Shown here piece by piece: positions 57,052 through 64,000 of a DNA stretch of 64,000 nucleotides. The stretch's first letter is position 1. Every line of letters starts with the position of its first letter. Made by a program: the position numbers and the translations under genes. Source of the DNA: Chloroflexota bacterium (lineage in GTDB: Bacteria > Chloroflexota > Limnocylindria > Limnocylindrales > CSP1-4). The notes under the pieces were generated by a model. That model did no database searches, was not told where the DNA came from, and saw nothing but the letters and a program-made list of their open reading frames with translations. The stretch covers positions 15,299-79,298 of the forward strand of contig JAKOQS010000082.1 in assembly GCA_029778235.1 (NCBI GenBank), written 5' to 3'.

Positions 57052-59153
57052 CCTCCACCCGTCCGACGGCGCTCGACCCGGCCCTCCGGGCGATGCGGCG
57101 CCGCATCCGCCGGGCCCCGTTCCTGCGCAAGTGGGTCGTCCTCGGCGTCGCGATCGGCATCGTCGGGGGCATCGGGGCGATCGCCTTCTACAGCGCGCTC
57201 GAGATCGCGACGTGGTTCTTCCTGGGAGTCCTCGCCGGCTACGCGCCGCCCTCGCCGGCCGGCGAGGGCGGCGCGCCGATCACGGCGGCCGCCAGACCGT
57301 GGGCGCTCCCGCTCGTCGTCGGACTCGGCGGCCTTCTCTCGGGACTCATCGTGTTCCGCCTCGCGCCGGAGGCCGAGGGCCACGGCACCGATGCGGCGAT
57401 CGCCGCGTACCACCACGACCCGCGCGGCATCCGCGGGCGCGTCCCGATCGTCAAGCTCGTTGCATCCGCCATCACCATCGGCTCCGGCGGCTCCGGCGGT
57501 CGCGAGGGCCCGACGGCGCAGATCAGCGCGGGCTTCGGCTCCTTCCTGGGACGAGCGCTCGACCTCGACGCTCGCGACGCGCGCATCGCCGTCGCCGTCG
57601 GGATGGCGGCCGGGATCGGGGCCATCTTCCGGGCGCCGCTCGGTGGAGCCGTGCTCGGGGGCGAGCTCATGTACCGCGACGACATCGAGTCGGACGCGCT
57701 CGTCCCGTCGTTCATCGCATCGATCGTCGCGTTCGCGATCTTCGGATCCGTCGAGGGCTTCTCGCCGATCTTCGGGGCGCAGGCGCGCTTCGGCTTCTCG
57801 GATCCCGCCCAGCTCGCCTGGTACGTCCTCATCGGAGTCGCCTGCGGCCTCGTGGGGATCCTGTACGTCACCACCTTCTACGGGCTCTCGGACAGGTTCA
57901 CGCGCTGGCGGATCCCGCGCTGGGCGAAGCCGGCGATCGCGGGGTTCCTCGTCGGGTGCATCGGGATCGTCCTCCCCGGTGTCCTCGGCACCGGTTACGG
58001 GTACGTGCAGGCGAGCCTGGACCGTGACGCACTCCTCGCGGTGCCGCTGGCGGTCGTCCTGGTGCTCCCGTTCGCGAAGATCCTCGCGACGTCGCTCTCG
58101 ATCGGATCGGGAGGCTCCGGCGGCGTCTTCGGTCCGGGGATGGTCATCGGCGGCCTGCTGGGCGCAGGGATCTGGCGGCTCCTCGAGCCTGTCGCCCCGG
58201 CGGTCCCGGCGGACCCTGCCCCGTTCGTGATCGTCGCGATGATGGCGCTCTTCGGGAGCGTCGCCCACGCGCCCCTCGCGGTCATGCTCATGGTCGCCGA
58301 GATGACCGGGAACCTCTCGATGCTGGCGCCCGCGATGGTGGCCGTGGGTGTCGCGATGCTCGTCGTGGGATCGCGGACGATCTACCGCAGCCAGCTCGCG
58401 ACGAAGGCCGACTCGCCGGCGCACCGGTTCCGGTTCGCGATGCCGCTCCTGGCCGCCGTCCCGGTCGGAGACGCCGCGCGCCAGCCGCGCCTCGTCCTCC
58501 GATCCGACCAGACCGTCGCCGCGGCGCGTGCAGGTCTCGCCGCGGCCGAGGTGCCCGGCGCGCCCGTCGTGTCGGAGGACGGGACGCTTGTTGGCCTCGT
58601 CGATGCCGAGGGGCTGGTCGCGGCGCGCAGCGAGGACCTGGTGGGCGGCCAGGCCCTCGTGCGGGAGCCGATCCTCCGTCCGGACGACGGCCTCGACGAT
58701 GCGCTGGGCGCCATGGCGGACCACGGCCGCGACTGGGCGCCGGTCGCCTCGGGGCGAACGCTCACCGGCATCCTCTCGTTCCGCGACGCCATCGCCGCCT
58801 ACCGCGCGGCGCTCAACGGCAACGTCCGCCAGGTCCGGGGACTCCGAGCCGACGGTGCCATCATCGAGACCGAGGTGGGCGCAGGGTCGGGGCTCGCCGG
58901 CCGGCGGATCGCGGATGTGCCGTGGCCTCGCAAGGCGGTCGTCGTCGCCATCGAGCGTGATGACGCCGTCCTCGTGCCGCGCGGGGACATCCGGATCGCG
59001 CCCGGGGACCGGCTGTCGCTCTTCGCCGACGAGTCCGCGCGGGCCGAGCTCATGGACCTGATCGCCCGCGGTCCGGGGCCGTCCGGAGACGACATCGAGA
59101 GTGACGACGCGCCGCTCGAGTCCGGTGTGGGGGCGAACGGCGGCCAGTCCTGA
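57048..59153 (+). CDS. ClC-family chloride channel/antiporter with C-terminal CBS pair and TrkA-C (RCK_C) domain
   Basis: GTG 57048 overlaps the marR stop (GTGA). Contains GSGGSGGREGP (GSGIP-type), GREGP and GGVFGPG selectivity motifs, plus CBS-like and TrkA-C-like tails. Confidence 0.9.
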   Translation: MTSTRPTALDPALRAMRRRIRRAPFLRKWVVLGVAIGIVGGIGAIAFYSALEIATWFFLGVLAGYAPPSPAGEGGAPITAAARPWALPLVVGLGGLLSGLIVFRLAPEAEGHGTDAAIAAYHHDPRGIRGRVPIVKLVASAITIGSGGSGGREGPTAQISAGFGSFLGRALDLDARDARIAVAVGMAAGIGAIFRAPLGGAVLGGELMYRDDIESDALVPSFIASIVAFAIFGSVEGFSPIFGAQARFGFSDPAQLAWYVLIGVACGLVGILYVTTFYGLSDRFTRWRIPRWAKPAIAGFLVGCIGIVLPGVLGTGYGYVQASLDRDALLAVPLAVVLVLPFAKILATSLSIGSGGSGGVFGPGMVIGGLLGAGIWRLLEPVAPAVPADPAPFVIVAMMALFGSVAHAPLAVMLMVAEMTGNLSMLAPAMVAVGVAMLVVGSRTIYRSQLATKADSPAHRFRFAMPLLAAVPVGDAARQPRLVLRSDQTVAAARAGLAAAEVPGAPVVSEDGTLVGLVDAEGLVAARSEDLVGGQALVREPILRPDDGLDDALGAMADHGRDWAPVASGRTLTGILSFRDAIAAYRAALNGNVRQVRGLRADGAIIETEVGAGSGLAGRRIADVPWPRKAVVVAIERDDAVLVPRGDIRIAPGDRLSLFADESARAELMDLIARGPGPSGDDIESDDAPLESGVGANGGQS

Positions 59154-59168
59154 CCGGCACCCCCCGAC

Positions 59169-60425
59169 TCACGCCGCGGGCGCATCCCCGGGGCCGGACC
59201 GGATGCAGGATGCGATGAGCGGCTCGATCGCGGCGGCGTAGACGGCCGTCCAGGTCAGCTGCGCCCGGACCCTGGACCGCAGCGCGATCCCGGCCTCCGA
59301 CGCGAGCCGCGATCGGACGGCGTCCGCGACCTCGCGGGGCGACGCGTCCGGCGCGAAGTACGAGGCGGCAGGACCAGCGAGCCCCCGGAGCGAGGGGAGA
59401 TCCGGGCACACGATCGGCAGGCGGCTGACGGCCGCCTCCAGGACCGGGATGCCGAAGCCTTCGTCGCGACTGGTGAGCAGGAGCACGTCCGCGACCCGGA
59501 AGAGGTCGGCCACGACGCGCGCCGGGGTGCCGGCACCATGGTCGATCGCGAGCAGATGGACGGCCCCGCGCAGCCCCTCTGCGTCGATGAGCCCGTCGAG
59601 CCGTCGGGAGTACGGCTGGAGGTCGTCCGACCGGTGTGGATCCGGCGGACCGGTGACGATGAGTCGTGCGTCCGACCCGTCCGAGCGCAGCTCGGCCAAG
59701 GCTTCGATCGCCAGCTCAACGTTCTTCCGCGGCGTGAGCCGGGCCGGCATGAGGAGGACGGGACCGTACGCCGGGAGTCCCAGGGTGCGGACGATCCGCC
59801 GCGTCGCCGGCGATAGCCCGAGGAACGCGTCCTCGTCGACCCCGGCGGGGACCACCGTGATGTCCGCCGGATCGAGCCGGAGTGCGCCGGCGACGTCGCG
59901 AAGACGAGCATCGGAGACGACCACGTGGCGGACACCCGGCCATGCCTCCCGGAGCAGCGACCACGGGCGGCCGGTGGGTGCGATGCCCGGCCCGAGGCCC
60001 CCGTCGACGTCGTGATGCCACGCCACGAGGCGCGGCGAGAGGCCCTGCTCCAGGAGCGAGCGGAGGGCCGCGGTCAACGCGAGGTTGAACGGCATCGAGC
60101 AGACGTTGTGGACGAAGACGAGATCGAGGTCCGCGAGGGCGTCCCTGAGCCCGGCTTCGAGGTCGGCGACGAGCCGGGGGAAGTCCTCCGGCACACGGCC
60201 CGCGTCGAGCTCCGCGCGGGCGGCGAGCACGCGCGGGTGTCGCGCGTCCGCGAGTGGGACCCGCACCAGCTCCACCCGGCGGTCCGTCGCCTTCCCGCGA
60301 CCCGCGATCACCCGCGGGCGATGGCCGGCGTCGGCCAGCAGGCGCGCGTGATGGCCGATGACGGCCTCGACGCCGCCAACGACCGGCGGCGCCGTGTAGT
60401 GGAGAAGCCCGATCGAGAGCGTCAC
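59169..60425 (-). CDS. Glycosyltransferase family 4 (GT-B, group 1)
   Basis: GTG 60425 forms a GTGA overlap with the upstream gene stop. N-terminal VVGGVE motif and C-terminal TSRDEGFGIPVLEA (E-x7-E type). Confidence 0.85.
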   Translation of the reverse strand: MTLSIGLLHYTAPPVVGGVEAVIGHHARLLADAGHRPRVIAGRGKATDRRVELVRVPLADARHPRVLAARAELDAGRVPEDFPRLVADLEAGLRDALADLDLVFVHNVCSMPFNLALTAALRSLLEQGLSPRLVAWHHDVDGGLGPGIAPTGRPWSLLREAWPGVRHVVVSDARLRDVAGALRLDPADITVVPAGVDEDAFLGLSPATRRIVRTLGLPAYGPVLLMPARLTPRKNVELAIEALAELRSDGSDARLIVTGPPDPHRSDDLQPYSRRLDGLIDAEGLRGAVHLLAIDHGAGTPARVVADLFRVADVLLLTSRDEGFGIPVLEAAVSRLPIVCPDLPSLRGLAGPAASYFAPDASPREVADAVRSRLASEAGIALRSRVRAQLTWTAVYAAAIEPLIASCIRSGPGDAPAA

Positions 60426-61804
60426 GTCGGCGGCTCCTCGCCGAAGCAGTCGGCGAGCAAGTCCGCGAGCCGATGGCGGAGGACCGTGAACGAGAAGTGG
60501 CGCGCTCCGAGCGCGTAGTTCCGGTCCGCCCACGCCGCGGCCTCGACGGGATCGTCGAGCAGGTGGCGCGCCAGCGCCATCGTCTCCTCGCCGATGTAGG
60601 TGTCGAACCAGACCGCACGGAAGCCGCGGGGCCGGATGTCCACCTCGTAGGTCGAGTAGTTGTTCACGAGGATCGGCCGGCGGTGGTACACCGCCTCCAG
60701 GAAGGCGTTCCCGAAGCCTTCGAAGGCCGACGGATAGGTGACGAAGTCGGCAGCGGGGTAGACGTCCGCGAGCGTGTACACCATCCGGCCGTCCGCGGTC
60801 CGGCCCGGCCGGTCGCCGACGATCTCAGCCTCGAAGCGCACGTCGACGCCGAGGAGCCTGGCGTAGTCGCGGACGCGGACCTCGTACTCGGGTCCCTCGT
60901 CGCCGGACGCGTGCGAGATGACGAGGCGAGCCGGCCTGCCGAGCCTGCGCGTGAACTCGATGGCGTGCTCGATGCCCTTCCGCTGGATCACCCGCGTGGG
61001 CTGGAGGATGAGCAGCTCTCCGGGGCCCACGCCCAGGTCCGATCGGACGATGGCGGGGTCGACCGTCGGGTGGCCGGGAGGACGCTCGAACTCCATGACG
61101 TTCGGGACGATCCTCGACGTCAGGCCGAGTCGCGATGCGAGCGCGAAGGCCTGCACCGAGTTGAGCACCACGTGCCGGATGGCGGGGTGACCGGGCGGGA
61201 ACGCGGCGCCGAGGATGTCCGGCACGGCGTTGACGAGGAAACGCTGGCGCTCCCAGTGGAAGTCGTGATGGTGCGCGATGGTGGGCAGCCCGGTCTCGGC
61301 GACGAGCTCCGCGATCGCGAGCCCGAGCGGAAGGTTGAGCGGGATCGCGCTCGCGTTCTCGACGACGAGGAGATCGATGTCGAACCCTGCGACGAACGCG
61401 TGCAGCTCGGCCTTGAGCATCGCCCGGATCTCGTGGATGCGGGACGTGGTCTCCGGAGGCCGCGTGCGGCCCGCCTGTCGCGAGGCGCTCGAGTCGCCGC
61501 GGGGGCCAGCCTGCCCACCGTGGCGATCGTCCGGGATCGAATCCCCGTGGTACGCATCCCGGTTGATCGCGTCGATGGTGGGGTGCCCGTAGAACGCCTC
61601 GGGCACGACGCGGCTGCGTTCCGGCGGCCGGTCCGACATGCCGGAGAAGTAGAAGCACGTGTGACCCATCTCCTCGAGGACGCGGGCCCACTTCGCGGTC
61701 TCCAGCGAGACGCCGTCTGTGCCAGCGAAGCGCGTCGACACGAACCCGACGCGGTGCAGCGAAGACCGGCTGATGTCGGCCGCGAGCCGCACGCCCTGAG
61801 TCAC
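60422..61804 (-). CDS. Glycosyltransferase (GT-B, group 1-like), 460 aa
   Basis: VGFVSTRFAGTDGVSLETAKW N-terminus and PSAFEGFGNAFLEA (E-x7-E). Contains a ~40-aa polar insertion. Donor and acceptor specificity cannot be called. Confidence 0.75.
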   Translation of the reverse strand: MTQGVRLAADISRSSLHRVGFVSTRFAGTDGVSLETAKWARVLEEMGHTCFYFSGMSDRPPERSRVVPEAFYGHPTIDAINRDAYHGDSIPDDRHGGQAGPRGDSSASRQAGRTRPPETTSRIHEIRAMLKAELHAFVAGFDIDLLVVENASAIPLNLPLGLAIAELVAETGLPTIAHHHDFHWERQRFLVNAVPDILGAAFPPGHPAIRHVVLNSVQAFALASRLGLTSRIVPNVMEFERPPGHPTVDPAIVRSDLGVGPGELLILQPTRVIQRKGIEHAIEFTRRLGRPARLVISHASGDEGPEYEVRVRDYARLLGVDVRFEAEIVGDRPGRTADGRMVYTLADVYPAADFVTYPSAFEGFGNAFLEAVYHRRPILVNNYSTYEVDIRPRGFRAVWFDTYIGEETMALARHLLDDPVEAAAWADRNYALGARHFSFTVLRHRLADLLADCFGEEPPT

Positions 61805-61986
61805 AGGCCTGCCTCCTGAGCGCCGCTTCCCTCGCGGTGGACGCCCACCGGGACCACATCCTCGGGGGCGGCCGCTCGCTGCCGGCTTTACTTGCCAGCA
61901 GGCAATTGTCGCACGCGGGGCGGACCGGCGCCATCAGGGCCCCCGAGCCACCCCCGTGGGCCGCCCTCCGCGGGCCGCTCCCCGCC

Positions 61987-62688
61987 CTAGCGCGTCGCGA
62001 GGGCCGCGAGCGTCGCCATGTCGGGGACCACCAGGTCTGGGGTCGCCTCCGCGGGAGGCGTCGCGCCGGATCCCTGCCTGCCGTGCCGGCGGTCCACCCA
62101 GACCGTCGCGAGGCCCAGCCGCTTCGCCGGCACGTGGTCGTGGAACAGGCTCTGGGCCACGTGCAGGATCCGGTCCCGCGGCACGTCGATGCGATCGAAG
62201 ACCATCTCGAACCCGCGCAGGCTCGGCTTGTACGCGCCCACCTGCTGGGCCGTCACCACCAGGTCGAACGGATCGCCCAGGCGCCGGCTGGATCCCGCGA
62301 AGAGGTCGTCGTCGCAGTTCGTGAGGACGCCCAGGCGATGGCGGACGTGCAGCGTGGCGAGCGCCTCGACGGAATCGGGGAACGCCGGCCAGTCCACGAC
62401 CGACCCGCCGAACGCCGCGGCGTCCTCGTCGGTCACCGCCGCGCCCAGGTCGGCCCCCACACCGCGGAGCGCGAGGCCCAGGACCTCGCGGTAGGTGCGG
62501 TACGGCCCCGCCTCGATGGTCGCCTCGTGGCGTGCGTACGTCTCGAGGAGCAGGTCGTCGGACGCGTCCACCCCGGAGCGTGCCATCACCTGCCGCAGCC
62601 CGGCGAGGATCCCGGCCTCCCAGTCGATGAGGGTGCCGTAGCAGTCGAAGGTGAGCCAGTCGAAGCGGGAGAGGTCCAGGTCGGTCAT
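61987..62688 (-). CDS. Haloacid dehalogenase type II-like HAD hydrolase
   Basis: Start at ATG 62688. Contains WLTFDCYGTLIDW (DxYGT motif I), LTNCD, and YKPS... Confidence 0.85.
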   Translation of the reverse strand: MTDLDLSRFDWLTFDCYGTLIDWEAGILAGLRQVMARSGVDASDDLLLETYARHEATIEAGPYRTYREVLGLALRGVGADLGAAVTDEDAAAFGGSVVDWPAFPDSVEALATLHVRHRLGVLTNCDDDLFAGSSRRLGDPFDLVVTAQQVGAYKPSLRGFEMVFDRIDVPRDRILHVAQSLFHDHVPAKRLGLATVWVDRRHGRQGSGATPPAEATPDLVVPDMATLAALATR

Positions 62689-62791
62689 GGCCCGGGAGTC
62701 TACCCGGCGCCGGACCGGGACGGCACGCCTGGCGGCGGGAGACCGGCGGACACGCGCGCGGGACCAGGCCCGCGCGCGGCCGCCGACGAGG

Positions 62792-63343
62792 TCAGTGAGC
62801 CTGCTGGGGGACCGCGCAGACGTCGCCGGCCGCGCGCCGGCGGAGCCTCCACACCACGGTCCCCGCGAGGAGCGCGACGGACGCCGCGCCCACGATCGGC
62901 TGGAGCGGCGCCCAGATGGACATCGCGCCGCTCGCGCCAAGGGCGACGAGCACGACCTTGTTGCAGAGCGGACACCCGATCGCCAGGAACGCACCGAGGC
63001 CCGCCACGGTCCCCAGGAGCGACCCGTCGCGCGCGGTCACGCCGCCACGCATGCCCGTGGCGACGGCGGCCGGCGTCGCGGGCACGGCCTCGGCCAGCCC
63101 CGGGGTGGGTCCCAGCGCCGCGGCCCCGACGGTGCTCGTCGCGGGGACCACGTAGGTGGCCGCGAGGACGCCCATCAGGGGGGCCGAGACGAGCCACACG
63201 AGGTATGCGAACGGCTCGGGCGGCACCGACCGTCCGAAGACCGGGTTGGGGATGACGGCCGACGTCAGGCCGAGTCCGGCCAGGGCCGCGACCGTCCACG
63301 CGGCCGACCACAGGAGAAGGCGGCGGTCGCGGATCGCGCTCAC
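62792..63343 (-). CDS. Integral membrane protein with a CPLC (CxxC) motif
   Basis: Hydrophobic segments and GAFLAIGCPLCNKVVLVALG. Start uncertain: GTG 63343 was chosen to avoid an 80-nt overlap with DUF302. Confidence 0.5.
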   Translation of the reverse strand: MSAIRDRRLLLWSAAWTVAALAGLGLTSAVIPNPVFGRSVPPEPFAYLVWLVSAPLMGVLAATYVVPATSTVGAAALGPTPGLAEAVPATPAAVATGMRGGVTARDGSLLGTVAGLGAFLAIGCPLCNKVVLVALGASGAMSIWAPLQPIVGAASVALLAGTVVWRLRRRAAGDVCAVPQQAH

Positions 63344-63404
63344 CAGATCGCGCTCGCGTCGGACGGCGGCGCCCAGCGCGCGGTGGGCGACGGCCAGGCC
63401 GTGG

Positions 63405-63812
63405 TCACGCAGGTTGCTCGAGCGAGGCGACGACGCGCTCGAGGCGGGTGCGCGCCTCCTTCGCGACCGCCGCGACGCCGGCACGCCCCACCACGCCCAG
63501 CATCGACAGCGGGTCGATGACCTCCACGAGGGTCCCCGTCCCCTCGTCCCGGAGGACCACGTTGCACGGGAGCAGCGCGCCCACCGACGGGTCGGCCTCC
63601 AGGGCGGCGTTCGCGAGCGCCGGGTTGCAGGCGCCCAGGATGACCATCGGCGCCCGGTCCACGCCGAGCTTCGCCTTCACCGTGGCCTGGACGTCGATCT
63701 CCGTGAGGACGCCGAAGCCCTCGGCCGTCAGGGCCGCCTCCACCCTCGGCCGCTCCTCGGCGACCGTCCCGGGAAGATGCGTCCCGAAGGTGAAGCTGGT
63801 GAGTCGCGACAT
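63405..63812 (-). CDS. DUF302 domain protein
   Basis: 135 aa from ATG 63812. EGFGVLTEIDVQATVKAKLG...ILGACNP matches the DUF302 pattern. Confidence 0.8.
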   Translation of the reverse strand: MSRLTSFTFGTHLPGTVAEERPRVEAALTAEGFGVLTEIDVQATVKAKLGVDRAPMVILGACNPALANAALEADPSVGALLPCNVVLRDEGTGTLVEVIDPLSMLGVVGRAGVAAVAKEARTRLERVVASLEQPA

Positions 63813-63890
63813 GGTCGGGCACCTCCTGTCGCACGACCATAGCACTGGGTTGCGTGTTTGCGCAAGTGCTGTAGCCACTGGGGAGGCGCC

Positions 63891-64000
63891 GTGTCGCGCG
63901 AGCGCGCGGCGGGGAACCGGCGCACGATGCACGACGTCGCGCGGGTGGAAGCGCCGGCGCCCCGCCGGCGCGCGACCGAGGTGCGCAGATGCACGGGTCG
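63891..64000 (+). CDS. Possible 5' end of a CDS running off the window
   Basis: GTG preceded by GGGGAGG at 4-5 nt. Only 36 codons are visible, so no function can be called. Confidence 0.25.
   Translation, partial: MSRERAAGNRRTMHDVARVEAPAPRRRATEVRRCTG

Overview
Very GC-rich (by eye above 70%) bacterial chromosomal window with Actinobacteria- or Chloroflexi-like synteny; I cannot assign a taxon from sequence alone. The content is almost entirely core housekeeping genes. On the minus strand, 1-20.1 kb carries wecA-like, glyA, prmC, prfA, rpmE, rpmA, rplU, the TIGR03936/TIGR03960 radical-SAM pair, rodA, mrdA and mreD. On the plus strand, 21-59 kb carries parA-parB-gyrB-(thioesterase)-(AlkD-like)-gyrA-prs, secA, prfB, ftsEX, an S41 protease, smpB, tmRNA, argG, a complete kdp locus, and a marR-ClC pair. 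Two glycosyltransferases, a HAD hydrolase and a DUF302 gene lie on the minus strand at the right end. The coding strand switches at 20.1-21.0 kb, in an 878-bp gene-free region that holds two near-consensus parS sites. Many of the longest ORFs in the six-frame track are GC artefacts on the wrong strand or frame; real starts are frequently GTG, in 4-nt GTGA overlaps with the preceding stop. Items the ORF track does not show: prfB needs the classical +1 programmed frameshift; a tmRNA gene; kdpF plus a second 30-aa peptide; and a partial wecA-like gene at the left edge. The most unusual candidates are (i) a 74-aa, 8-cysteine ORF translationally coupled to prfB, (ii) a promoter-proximal structured RNA upstream of smpB that carries a 13-nt perfect complement of the 16S rRNA 3' tail inside mutually exclusive hairpins, (iii) the parS/strand-switch region with no dnaA nearby, (iv) a split KdpD with extra receiver, hypothetical and peptide genes inside the kdp locus, and (v) a secreted collagen-like protein. 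I found no clear defence island, CRISPR array, transposase or prophage. All functional calls rest on motif recognition by eye, not on database searches.
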